Shown: piece by piece, positions 40,220 to 53,210 of the stretch
Numbering within the stretch: the first letter of the stretch is position 1
Layout: every line of letters begins with the position of its first letter
Assembly: GCA_013239625.1 (NCBI GenBank)
Contig: MU053652.1
Coordinates: 6,687,902 to 6,751,901 of the forward strand
Reading direction: 5' to 3'
Origin: Lama guanicoe
Lineage: Eukaryota
DNA: 64,000 nt
Notes under the pieces: model-generated
The model's input: the letters and a program-made list of their open reading frames with translations, nothing else
Database searches by the model: none
Told to the model about the DNA's origin: nothing
Translations under genes and position numbers: made by a program

Positions 40220-40839
40220 GTAAGTCATTTGGAATGATTGATTAGAACAGGTTATAGGGACAGGAAGATGTGGAGGAAAAGACCATGTCACTTATAAACA
40301 CTCAAATGCCTTAAGTTATATCTGGATTAACATATAAACAGTATATATTTTTCAATATATCTTTTTTGTTCACTTAAGGTGGCTCTTAGGGGAAATAGGT
40401 AATAAAGATTTCTTAGTGATCTTTATAGACAAATGGAGGTCAGAAATGATCACATTTAGGAAAAGTAATTAATTGAATAAGAACAAAATTATTTTCTCAT
40501 ATGTTCTTCACTATAATTGCAGAACATAAAAAATATATGCTGAGCACTAACTTGATAGGCAGTTACCCAAATTCTAAAACCAAAAAATTATTTCAGAAAC
40601 AGAATTACCTGAAGATTGGATCATGCTTAATATAATTTAATTACTGTTAATTGGAAAATAATTATCTTTATGCTTATCTATATTGGTAAGGATAAAGAAT
40701 CAAGTTAATAAATACATTGTTACCTATAATGTTCCCAGAAATCTTAAGAAAATTTGAAAATAATATAAAGAAATGATATACTCTTGTCCTGTTTACAATA
40801 TGTGAAAATTCATTTTCAAAAAAAACCTAAATCCAAAAG

Positions 40840-43800
40840 AATGACATTAGCAAAATGGCACAGTAAACAGCTCCTTCAAACTAACGTGAACCCACAACAA
40901 TTATGCCAAAATTGTCAGAACCAAGTTTTTCCAAATTCTGGAAAGCAGCCAAATATTTACATCATCCAAACTAACGTTAAATCAAGAAAAGCTGACTTAA
41001 AAAATGGCAGGCAAGTTTTGTGGTGTTTTTACTTCCTTTGCCCTACCCCTGCATGGTTCAGCAATGATCCTGAAGACAATGGTCTGCATTGTTAGTTCAG
41101 AACCCTGGTTCCTGGTTCTGGAAGGAGCAGAAAAACCTTATTCACAAATTATTGTATTTATCTGTTCTAACCTATTGGCAGGGATACCAATGTAAGGCAC
41201 TCATCTCTGGTGCACCTAATTTGAAATTAACTCAGGGTATAAAAATGGCAGACACTACTTAAAATAATTTAAAGTGAATGAAAAACTCACAGTCCCCTGG
41301 AGCAAAAGATTAAGACATAAAACAGACCATCTAACAGCCTAGGAGGAAAATCTGGACAGAGAATACATTGGAGAATTGGGGTGATTTTGAATACATTCTG
41401 AATACACACATTCTGAGGAATTTAGAAAGACCTGTGCATGTCCTAGGAAGGACATATGCTTAGAAAATACCTGGGAAGACCCTAAGCTTTCATCTCTGGC
41501 TGATCTACAGTTTGATTACAAGTAGGAAGTGAAGGCTAAGCAGAGTTCTAAACGGTCAACCTAAGTGTTAAAGTATTGCCCCAACACAGAGCCATGGTAC
41601 AAAACCTGGGAGAGTGTTTTTGCTTTCGCGTGTTTGTTTATATAGCCAGGCATGCAAGAAAATCTCTGTAAAAACATGTACACTGAAAGCACATAGACTT
41701 CAGGGGTCACGTATGATAGAGAACACAATCTTTCCAAAAAGCCAATATGGAATAGTTACTAAATATATAAATGACTTCAGCCTTAAATTATCAAAAACAG
41801 CAAATCCTAGAAAACGGCATACAATCCATGTGTATATAATTTGTGACAACAACAGCATAAGGAGGGTAGAATCTGTGCAGGAGCAGAGGAGCTTTTCCCC
41901 TAATATCAGGAACAAGACAAGGATGCCTACTTTTACCACTGCTATTCAGTATTATATGGGAAACTCTATCTAGGAAGGTTAGAAACTAAAGGCAAATAAA
42001 AGGCATCCAGTATGGAAAGGAATTGATAAAACTGTCTCTATCCACAAATAACATGATCCTGTAGAGAGAAAACCCCAAGGAATCCACAGAGAAAGCTACT
42101 AGAGCTAATAAGCAAATTCAGCAAAGTTGCAGGCTACAAGATCAACACACAAAAATCAGTTGTCTGTCTACATACCAACCATGAATTATCCTAAAGGAAA
42201 TTAATAAAACAATTTAATTTATAATACATCCAAAGAATAAAATACTTAGGAATAAACTTACTAAGTAGTTGAAAGACTTGGACACTGAAACCCATAAAAT
42301 TTTACTGAAAAAAAAATAAAGCGAACCTAAATAAATGGAAAGCCATTCTCTGCTCATGGATTGCAAGACTTAATATCGGTAAGATGTCAGTACTACTCAA
42401 AGTAATGTACAGATTTAACGCAATCTCTACCAAAATTACAACAACGTGTTTTTCAGAAATGTACAAGCCAGTCCTCTAATGCTTTTGAATTTCTAGGAGC
42501 CCTGAATACGCAAAAATAAACTTGAAAAAGAAGAAATATATTATACTTTCCAATTTCAGAACTCACTACAAATTTACAGTAGTCAAAACAATGTGATACT
42601 GGCATAGAAGTACAGGCATATAGTCTAATGGAAGATAATTGAGATTACACACAAAAATCTATAGTCAATCAATTAATTTTTTGACAAGGAAGGAAAGACT
42701 ATTTTTGATGGGAAAAGAATAGTCTCTTCAGCAAATGCTTCTAGGACAACTGGATATTCACATGCAGAAGAAAAAAATTGAGCCCCTATCACATACCATA
42801 CACAAAAATTAGTTCAAAATTTATCCAAGACCTCAATATAAGAGTTAAATACATAAAACTCTTAGAAGAAAAGATAGGGGTAAATCTTCACGATTTTAGA
42901 TTGAACAATGGCATCTTATATGTGACACAAAAGGCACAAGCAACAAAAGACAAAATAGATACATTGGACCTCACCAAAATTAAAAAAAAAACTGTGCATC
43001 AAATGACATTATCAAGAAAACAAGAAGACAATCTACAGAATAAGAACAAATATCATCAACTCATATATCTGTTCAGGGACAAGTATCCTGAATATATATA
43101 TATTATATATATTTATATATATATAAACCTCAGAATTCAACAACAGAAAGACAAACTATCCGATTAAAAACTAGGCAAAGTACTTAAATATTTTTTCCAA
43201 AAATATACAACTAACCAACAAGTATATAAAAGGATCCTCTACATCACTTGTCATCAGGGAGATAAAAATCAAAGCCACAATGAGGCATTGCTTCATACTC
43301 ACTAGAGTGTGATAAGGTAGAAATGGAAAATAACAACTGTTGATGAGCACGTGGACTTGAACATTGCTGATGGGAATATAAAATGGTTCAGCTGCTTTGA
43401 AAAACAGTTCTATGGTTCCTTCCAAAAGTTAAACACAGAGCTACCATTTCACCCTGTGGTTCCTAGGTCTATAACCAAAATAACTGAAAACAAGTATTTA
43501 AACAAGTAAATGTATACACACGTTCATAGCAGTACTACTGACAATAGCCACAAGGTGTAAACAGCCCAAGTGTCCAAAAACAGGTGAACGGATAAACAAT
43601 GTGTGGTATATACATGCAATTAAATATTCACCCATAAAAAAAGACTAACATTCTGATATATTCTACAATGTGGATGAACCTTGAAAACATTTTACAAAGT
43701 GAAAGAATCTAGACACAAAAGGTCACATATAGTATGATTCTATTTATATGAACTATGCAGAATAGAAAAATCCATATAGAACACTGATTGATGGTTGGCA

Positions 43801-43990
43801 GGGACTAGAGAGGATGGAGAGTTGGGAGAAATTACTTAATGGGTATGGGGTTTTATTTTGGAGGGATAGAAATGTTTTGGAACTAGACAGAGGTGGCAGT
43901 TGCATAACACTGTCATTATGCTAACTACCACTGAACTGTCCATGTAAAGTGATTAATTTTATGTTATATTATCTTCAATTTGACGAATTA
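40840..43990 (+). mobile_element. Ancient L1 (L1MB-like): 5'UTR, then RT-to-3' half of ORF2 and 3'UTR; ORF1 and endonuclease missing
   Basis: [19 protein letters not shown] at ~41892, degraded FADDMI motif, agcaaagttgcaggctacaagatcaac, and L1MB-type 3' end (gatagaaatgttttggaactagacagaggtgg). Confidence 0.8.
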
Positions 43991-44047
43991 TTTGAAAAAA
44001 TAAACTGTAAGAGGGATTAATGTTTGTGTTCGCATAACATTTTAATT

Positions 44048-44150
44048 CAGGGGTAGGAAAACCATAGCGCTTGTGCCAAATTAAGCTTGTCACCTGTTTT
44101 TGTACAGCCTTTGAGTTACAAGAGGCTTTTACATTTTTAAGTGGTTGAAA
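44048..44150 (+). mobile_element. hAT-Charlie (MER58-like) fragment
   Basis: caggggtaggaaaccatagc...cctgtttttgtacagcc...ttttacatttttaagtggttgaaaa. Confidence 0.65.
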
Positions 44151-44339
44151 AATATATACGCAAAGTTTCCTTAAAAACATTGGCTTGATTTCAACTTTAT
44201 TTAACTTGGAGAACCTTTTCGACTGTCTATTCTTTGGGTATTGAAAAAAGATGAAAACAACCTTCCCTTTTTGTGTGAATCTGTTGCTGCCATCTCCTGA
44301 AGAAAATGATGTATTAATTGGACCCAACTGAGGTAACAC

Positions 44340-44530
44340 TGCTAGTGGAAAAGACTGAAGAAAGGCATTTGGAGACCTGGGTTCTAACTATAGCTCTGTC
44401 ATATAGTAGGAATGTGAAATTTGGCAACATGACCTATTTAATCTTCAGTTTTTCATCTGTAAAAGGAAATACTAACAATATTTCAAGGTTTCTGTGAAAG
44501 GTAAGAATAACAAATGTGTAATTCATGTCA
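44340..44530 (+). mobile_element. MIR SINE
   Basis: agacctgggttctaac...cagtttttcatctgtaaaagg core. Confidence 0.65.
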
Positions 44531-45429
44531 CATAGGTAAACATACAATGATAATTTTTCAGTCATGAGTGGGACAGATTCTTTTTTCTTCTAAATTTTAA
44601 AAACAATTTCCTACATGACTTCTCAGATTGATAGCTTCTTGGCATGCTAATTCTTTTTTTGAAAAAAAAAGAGATAGTATTTTTAGAGCAGTTTTAGGTT
44701 CACAGCAAAACTGAACAGAAAGTATGTTCCCATATACCTCCTGTCCCCAAACACATTAATTCCTTTTTCAATCACAAAGTAGAAAAACATTTTAATATTT
44801 ATAGAAGAATTAACTATAGCTTTTTTCATGTTAGAGGCCCCTGTTCTTTCTCTAGAACTGTTCATCTCAACAGTACTTTTCCACTAAGGATCCTAGAATG
44901 AGGCTGAGAATCCTTAGCCTGAGGGTAAGACATTTAGGACACAATACTGTTTCCTCTGGGTCTAAAGATCATTGCACAGGGGAGTGCACTGGCTCACTTG
45001 ATGGCTCCTTAATCAGCAACAAGGTAGACCAGTTTTGTTATAATCCCCTCATGCTCAGGTTGCAGTGCGAAGGTAAAGGATACTTGCATTTTTTTTCCTT
45101 TAGACGTTGAGTCTCTTGCTTGTGAGATCTATAGTTATATAATCTCTGGGGTCTTAATCCTTGGGTAAGTAACAACCTTTCTTAGCAGACTCCTGGAATC
45201 CTGCAGTTTTGATATCATACTGATCTTGTCATAACCACTGATTTCTCTACACAAATCCACTCTCTTTTATCAAGCTTTCCTGGCCAGATTTGTCTCATTC
45301 TTTCTCCCTGGTCATCTCTACCCACTTAAGTGTCATAGGTAATTATCACCAACGTCATCATCCAAACTTATAATGTCCATATTGTATGAGTCCAGAGAGT
45401 AAGATGGGCATTATAATGAGTGCCTTTTG

Positions 45430-45580
45430 TATGTTACAGGATTTAAACCTCAAAACCTTATGAAGGACATCATATTATCAACACCACTTTACAGATGAGT
45501 AAACTGAGAATTTGACACGCAAAAATAACGGTGAATAGCACACACAAAATTGAGACTAGTTCTACTTGCTGCTAATGCTA
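45430..45580 (-). mobile_element. MIR SINE
   Basis: cattattatc...actttacagatgagtaaactgag. Confidence 0.55.
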
Positions 45581-46142
45581 TTACTCTATAATGTTTCCAG
45601 TCATGATGAAAATAACTTACTATTGATCCAAAGATGCATGTAAATTTTTGGATAAGTAATAGTGAATAATAATAAACTCACACAAGAACCAAACTAGGAG
45701 AGCCCACTCTCTCTGTTTGGACTGACAATGATTCTCATATTGCTTACCTCAATTGATTAGTCTTTAATTTGTTTCTTTTTTTCTTTTCCATTTCTCCACA
45801 AAATCCCTCTACATACAATTCATTTTTTTCTTATCTCATCCTGCCACCACCACTTAATCATTGATCCCTCATGACAAAGTTTGTACTGAAACCACGCTGA
45901 AAAATAGTTGATGGGCAATCGGGATATGCGAGTGTTTGTTAAATCCAGCTTGATTTCAAAATAAACAGGTGACCTAAATCATTGATGCCAATCTAAAAGG
46001 CAAAATGTTTTTTTCTTAATAATAGCAGTTATTTTACCTGGTTGTAGCCCTTGATTGATTTCATACCTTTCCTGGAGTAGGGAGTAAGTTCAACTGTTTT
46101 TTTGTAGAGTCTTTGTATGTTTGTTCTACCTTGATCTGGTTC

Positions 46143-46370
46143 AGAAATTCTCAACCTTGGCACTTTTGATATTTTGGGCTATTTAATTCTTTGCTTTTTG
46201 TATGGGAAAAGTTGTCCTGTGTATTGTAGAATGTTTAGCAGAGCCCCTGGCCTCTGTCCACTAGATTCCATTAGCATTCTCTTTCTCAGTTGTGACACCC
46301 CAAAATGTCCCAAGGCATCGCTAAACATCCTTGGTTGGGGGTTAAAAAGTCCCCAGTTGAGAAGCACTTG
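46143..46370 (+). mobile_element. MER20-like hAT DNA transposon
   Basis: ttctcaaccttggcact...tgtcctgtgtattgtagaatgtttagcag...cccctggcctctgtccactagat...ccccagttgagaagcact. Confidence 0.85.
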
Positions 46371-47699
46371 TTTGATCTACTGTTCTGTATGTCTGGGTGA
46401 TTCTCAGTCACCATTCTCAATGAGTTTTGAATTTATGGTTGAATCTGGTAAATTTCATCTTTTACAAAGTTTGGAGATAATTTGTGGCATAGTCATGATC
46501 TAAACTGAAACAGTTTTATTATTTTTTCTGAGTTTTATTTGCTTTTCTTGTTTGTTTGTTTGTTTTGATTTCTACTCTCTAGTAGTTGTTTTCTGCTCCA
46601 TCTTGAAAATGGACTTACATTCGTTATATAAAATATGAGAAATGAAAGCCTACTGAATTCTTCTGTTGTAAAAATAACTCATTCTACTGATGAAAATATT
46701 GAAATACAAAAAGATTAGTCCATTTGTTTAAGGATTGATAGCTAACCTGAAGTTTGCCTGACAAAAACTTCTCTATTTTAATATATTCAATATTTTAATA
46801 AATATTGAGACTGAATTCCTGTTACCTTGAGTTGATATTTTAAAACATATATTGTGTTACATATTATTTACAAACCCCTTTTACTTGATGATTTGATTTT
46901 GCAAAATCAGTAACCAATTCAAATATTTCCAATGTCTCTCTAAAGCAAATCAAATATTTCTTACTCATCTGAAAAATCATCATATCTGAAATAAATGTAG
47001 TGTGATTTCATAACCTATCTTCTGGTGCATAAATGACACAATGCAATTTCAAATTAAATCACGTATAAAACTATATTTTTATATTTTCTTCATTTGGGAA
47101 GAGAGCATAATAATTAAAACTAAATCACAAATAATTGAACCATGATGACTTGTTAAAGATCTCATCTTATGCCACTAATCATTTTGTATATAAAATACAA
47201 ACGCCAAATCATTAAGGTATGCACGGAAGCTTTAACTTTGAAGTTTTACTTTCAGAATCACATCAAGATAGGTATCAATACTTGCACTGCATTCATATGT
47301 TTAGATTTCCAGCTTCTCCCAAAGTGAATTACTTAAAATGCAAGCCAGGTCACTGACACAGAGATAAAATTCTCTGATAAATGAAACAAATGAGTGCCTT
47401 GAAAAATAGCATAACCTTCTAATCTCTATGACACAGTAATCTTAGGCAGTCCACAATCATTGGCGATTATCGCATTTCTACCCTTGGAGAAACGGGACTG
47501 AAAACATGTAACTTGGGACTTAATGTGAATTGAATACCAGACAAGTCATGTCTGCTTATTGGGCTTAACTGGTTTTGAAGGATATAGAATTTTTTTAGAA
47601 TTTAAAATTGTCCTATGATCTTTCTCTCCAATGGCAGAGATATGCTTTCCCATATTTGTCTTCATGGAAGATGACAATATAAATCAATGTGGGTATTAA

Positions 47700-47900
47700 T
47701 ATCAACATTTATCGAGGGCCTACAGTGTGTCAAAACTCTAAGAGTGACTTTAATCCTTACCTCAGTTATTCCTTTCAACTGTGAGGAGCCTATAAATATT
47801 CCCATTTTACAGCAGAAGACGCTGAGGCTCAGGGACAGTCAATGAGCCCTGAAAGTTCACAAAGACCAGTATGTGGTAGAGCTGGGATTCAAGTTTTCAT
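47700..47900 (-). mobile_element. MIR SINE
   Basis: aacatttatcgagggcctac...cccattttacagcagaagacgctgaggctcag...ggtagagctgggattcaa. Confidence 0.75.
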
Positions 47901-50399
47901 TTTTTTTTCTAGCGCATTACCTTGAATATATATTCCTGAATATATATATATTCATTTTATATGCCAATAACTAAACAGAATAACAAACTTTCATAGCAAA
48001 GGATATTTGAGAAAGGTCTTAAAAGACAAGTATGCTTTTTCTCAGACTAAACGGAGTAAAGGTTATTTGAAGAAGGAGTACCAAAGAGAAAAATGACTTA
48101 GAGAGGTATTGGGTAAGGCATACTTAAAGATGACAAATTGTCAGGCAATTCAGGGAAGCAGGGATGCCAAGTAAATAACATGTATTATCAAGTAAAAGAC
48201 ATGAAAGGCAAGTTTAGGGACAATTGGAGTGAGCCTTATATATGTTGGTGAGAAATGTACAAATCATTGGAAAGTGAAGAAACAATAACTGTTCCTTGCT
48301 CCCCTCCAAAGATATAACTCTGTAGGCAGGTTATGTTAGATTGTTTAGGAAAATAATTCTTTTAAGCAGCAACATAAGCAAGTTTCATGATTCATTTGGA
48401 GGGGTTCCCACTTGAAAAGCAGCCGTAGTACCTGAGGAGCAACGATTAAGCACATCCATCATTAGCAGGGAAGTGACTGAATTCCCAGTGGGACTTTCAG
48501 GCTACATTGCTAAATGAAATATGTGTCTAATTTAAATTAGAGATATTTATGCACCCTGAGTTTGTGGCAGGTGTTTTGACACAAAGTCTGAAAAAGAGAT
48601 TTGAGGTGATGGCTTCAAAAATTAGAGGGAGATAATGGAAGAATCTAATAAAGTTTCCTGCAAGTAATGAGCACATGGAAGAAATTAATAGTATCCAGAG
48701 ACATTATAGAAAATGTTACAAATAAGTTATAAATTAACATCTGAAAATGGGAAGCAAGTTTTCTAACTGATGACACCATGTCAAATTTTGGTTCAGAAAC
48801 AAGTAGAAGTGGAGCAGAGTTGAAAAATAACTGAGAAGATCATAACAATAATAACTAAAGTGAAACTCAGGAAACTCAAGAGTACATAAGACTTTAGGAC
48901 GGCACCAGTTACCCCTTTCTGACAAATAAGAAGAGAAAAATCAATAGTATATACTTGGTTTCAGAGTAGTTTCAACTATCTGATTTAGTGCTTGAAAATA
49001 ATCCACAGAAATCAGGACTGTCAAAGCATTAAATAAAGAAAAAATCTAGAATCTTCAAAGAGTCATACTTTCTGTTTACTAATCTCCTCTTCCTGACGAG
49101 AGATGAGGAACGAAGGGAAGGAGAAGAATTGTCAAAAGAGGCAGTGATTGCTAACATTATAAAGTCAAAGTGCACTTTTCAAAAACCTGTTTATTCAAAA
49201 AATAGCCATATAATTATGGAAAATTAATCTCATCTGGAAAAATCATCCATCTTTGGCCAACAGGTCTATTTCAATCTATTTCTATTTCTTCTTTTATTTC
49301 TATTTTTTTAAAATAGTTCAACTAACCTAGTACTTTTGACTCCTCTACACATAACTTTTACAGAAGCCCTAATGTTACATAAAAGCAGCTAATCAAAAAT
49401 GTTTAAAAAGCAAAGAAATTTAACTTCCATCTGGATATTAAAAGCAAATGACAGGATAAATTAGGAGGTATTTTCAAATCAAATATTAAAATTTGTGAAG
49501 TTATTTGAACGATTACATGCAGACTTCCTTTGGACACATAGTTTCCGTAACTTCATAGACTATGATTGTATTATAAAGACAACATTGGGCTACCACACCA
49601 AGAACCGTAAATATGTCAAAAAATTGCATTTTCTATATCTTTCCTACTTTTATTTTCAACAGAAGAATTTTTCAGTCTGAGTTTTCTTTTTCCTAGCTAC
49701 AATTTTTGTGGAGTTCTTGCAAGACAACCTTTTTATAATATTATACCAAATACATGTTTCCATTTAAATAGCACAACATGGCATGAAGTTAAAGAGTGAT
49801 TAGGCCACTATCCAGGTTCTCTGTAAGTGGTTTGTTGCATTCCCCAACTGTTGTAGAAGGAAACACGGGGCTCTGTGAACCAAATATTAGAAACCAACGT
49901 GGATATAGCTGACATGTGCCTTAGGCAACATATAATGACCGACAGGAAGGTCTTTGTTCATTTATTTCTATTCACTTTTTGCAAATCTAATTTTAAACAT
50001 AAGAAAATCAGACTTCAATAGGAACTGAAGTAACTGAAGCTATTACAATAGTTGTTCTCTCACGTGACTTATCTTGAAATGTATCTGGAACATACAATCC
50101 TCCTGGGAAAAAGCTCAGGCACAGTATCAGTGCCAGAACACAAGATAAAACATGTTTACATCTCTGCTATTTTCAACTGATGTAACTATACCACAAAATC
50201 AGCTGTTACATGTTTGTATTTTCTAAACATTCACCATCACTTCATGAAAAAGTAGTCAACACTTACTACATGTATGTACTACTTAGGGTTATTTGACCCC
50301 TGTTAGAACAATTTTAATTCTCGATATCTTTGCAACTTTCCAAGTGTAATTTAAGATGCTGTTGCTGTTGTACATAGTCCATACATACCTACATACAAA

Positions 50400-51245
50400 A
50401 CTCCCCTAGCTCAGCCTACTTGAAACCTGGGAAACAGCAACACTGCAAAAGCAGTAAGAACACTGAACATCAGATATCTATTAACATCTCCACTTAGAGG
50501 AAACAGGGCTCCTCCATCCTGGATTGGCACAGGAAAGGTACAAAATGACCCTGGAACACTACTGGTTCTAGAAAGCAAGGAAGCACCCATCAGTGATAGA
50601 GATTTGTCCAAAATGTACCAGGAGGAGACCTCCCCTTCTGCTTGAGAGGTAGTAATGGGGACTAGATTTACTCTCCCACTGGAAATAACTAATACGTGAA
50701 CAATAAAACACATGAACTGATGGTTTTCAAGACACTGGACATCAGACAACAAAGGACAGCAATCCATGAAACATGGGAAACAAACAAAGTGAACGCTATG
50801 ATTGCCCCTACTTAGAGCTGGGGGAGAATTTCAAGGTCATGGTGTGGAGAGGGGGAACTCAGGCAGAGCCCAGTGGAATTTGTCAGGTGAGGAATTTCTC
50901 AATGGAAATAATACAAGAAGATAATTGAATTATGTATTTAAAGTAAATTCATTAAAACCTATCAATCTAGAATTCCATATCAAGTGAAAAAAAAAAACTC
51001 TCAAAAATGAAGGCAAAATAAAGATGAGCAAAACTACAAAAGCTGAAAGAATGAATCCCTACAGATTTACATGCTAGAAGTGCTACAGGAAGTCCTTTAG
51101 TTAGAAGGAAAATGATACCAGATGGAAATCTGGATATACACAGAAGAATAAAGACACTGGAAATGGCAATTCACTGGGATTTATTATTATTGTTATTGTT
51201 ACTGTTATTGTTATTATTATTTAACTATCTTAAACGACAATTGGC
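50400..51245 (+). mobile_element. Old L1 fragments (3'UTR piece, then a 5' end joined to the ORF1 C-terminus)
   Basis: tggttttcaagacactggacatcag 5'-end motif; ctagaattccatatcaagtgaaaa...aaaaatgaaggcaaaataaaga...gaaggaaaatgataccagatggaaatctggat. Confidence 0.6.
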
Positions 51246-51248
51246 TAC

Positions 51249-51575
51249 TGTTTCAGGAGTCCCCAGGAAACACCCTCAGGCTTGATAATTTGTTACAGGT
51301 ATTCACAGGACTCTGGAAAGCTGCTATACTTACGGCCACAGTGACTTTCAACAAATGACACAATCTAAAATCAACAAAGGAAAAAGGTGCATGGATGAGG
51401 TCCAGGAGAAACCAGGTGCAAGCTTCTAGGTGTCCTCTCCCAGAGGAGATGTATGGATATGCTTAATTCTCCCAACAACTGTGTGTATCACGTATGTGAA
51501 ATGTTATCAATCAGGGAAGCTCACTTGCACCGTGGTGTCCAGGGTTTTAATTGGTGGTCAATCATGTAGGCACTG
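51249..51575 (-). mobile_element. MER21-like LTR fragment
   Basis: tgtttcaggagtccccagg...aaatcaacaaaggaaaaaggtgcat...gtccaggagaaaccaggtgcaagcttc...ggtgtccagggttttaattgg. Confidence 0.75.
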
Positions 51576-51799
51576 ACTAAGCCACCACTTTTTGCAATCA
51601 GACACAGCCTATTTCAGATCTCTGTACCAAAATGAACTTCTTTCAGGTTGGTTTATGAATAAGAGCTAGCTATTGCTCCACATGTGACATATTCATCTTC
51701 TAAAATCCAAACAACCCAGCCCAGTGCTTCGCCTCTCACTTTGTGCCAAGAGTAGGCAACAACAGCAGTTTATTTTCAGTTGCCCGTGGAATGTTACAG

Positions 51800-52280
51800 G
51801 TGGTTCCTGCCCAGGAGCTGGCCTCTGTTAGTCAGTCCTCCCTTATTCTTCAATGACTATCACGCTATCATCAGTATAGTGAGTGTATTTTCACACTCGG
51901 AATTTCTGCATCAAATTCAAAACCCTTCTACTCTAAGAATGACAGTAAGCCGGTGAATTCAAGTAACCCTGTGAATACAGTAAATGTAAACTGGGATCAT
52001 TCACTCCTGAAGGCAAACTGTTGTTGGCTCCTTTCCAAGACTGAGATAGAGGGGAAAAAAGCATTTGCAGATTCAAGTATTGAGGCCCACGCTCCTTTAG
52101 CCTGATGTCTGCTTTGCAGTGTTGAAACCACATCAAGGACCGCTTACGCTATTATGTGGTACTATTTTATTAAAGTCTTGGTCATCTACTGTTGGCCTCC
52201 ATCAAGCATTTTTGTCATGGGCCACTCAGGGCTATTCTATATATGTTGATATCAGCACTTCAATTTCTGGCATGCCATTA
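51800..52280 (-). mobile_element. ERVL reverse-transcriptase fossil
   Basis: Minus-strand frames give NSPEWP, WRPTVD, DVVSTL, ANAFF, QQQFAF, QFTFTV, QGYLNSPAYCH and HYTDD. Confidence 0.85.
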
Positions 52281-53033
52281 ATTAGAGTCATGTTTTTTGT
52301 TTCCGAGAACTGTTGTAAAAACAATACTACAAATTGGGTAACTTAAGACAACATACTTCTTTTTTTTTTTTCTGGTCTCTTTGTTCTGCAGGCTCCAAAT
52401 TCACATTTAAGGTATTGAATCTAAGTTTGCTCAAGCCTTTTGGTCCAGCGGCGAATTTGCAGGACATAAAGACAATAGAGGAACATACTGAGCTATACCA
52501 TGAGTGTGCAATCAGCAACATTCAGATTTTGGGGGACTCTATAAATTGATGGCTTGGATTAATTCATGAATAAAATTTATTGAACAAGGTTGGATGAACA
52601 GAGAGTTGTACATTGATTTTTTTTAAAGATGTCTTATTTTATAATTTTTAAAAAGCTGAAAAATGTCACTGATGAATATAGAAGTTTGGCATATTCTCTG
52701 ATTTTTCTTGATGTTTAAAATGTTGACAGTCAATTAAAAAGTAAAATGGAGAAGTACCTGCAAAAAGGGTGAAGTCTAATAGGAATAAAGGCTGCCCATC
52801 ACAATTGGAATAATATTGAATATTCCAGAAAATTAGTGCCAATTCTATTCTTTTTTCACCTAAAATGGCAGGAAAGAAATGCACTTTCTAAGTCAATTAT
52901 GCTGACAAATACATTTTAGAGATAGAAAATTCTATAAATTGAGAAAATTGTTAAGAATTCCATCTCTACTTACTGCCAAGTTAAGCCTAAAGAAAGTTTG
53001 CTATTTAATGCTAATGAATTATTTACTTGTCAG

Positions 53034-53210
53034 GTACAATACAACAGGCAGATTTTGACTCCTGAACCATTCCACCTGTCTGCTGATCTGTTTTTATGCC
53101 TTGGAGTGGTTGCCTGATCTGGGTACCACATACCCTCAACCTTTACCCATAACAACAAAGCCACATGACTGAGGTTTGGAACTGATGTGAATCCCTATTC
53201 CAACTTCAGG
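53034..53210 (+). ncRNA. Candidate non-coding exon (177 nt)
   Basis: Branch-point-like gctaat at ~53010, acceptor tttacttgtcag|G, donor AGG|gtaaga; stops in all three frames. Confidence 0.4.

Noticed and set aside
41614..43425. ORFs of 79-129 aa
   Set aside because: Fragments or off-frame readings of degraded L1 ORF2
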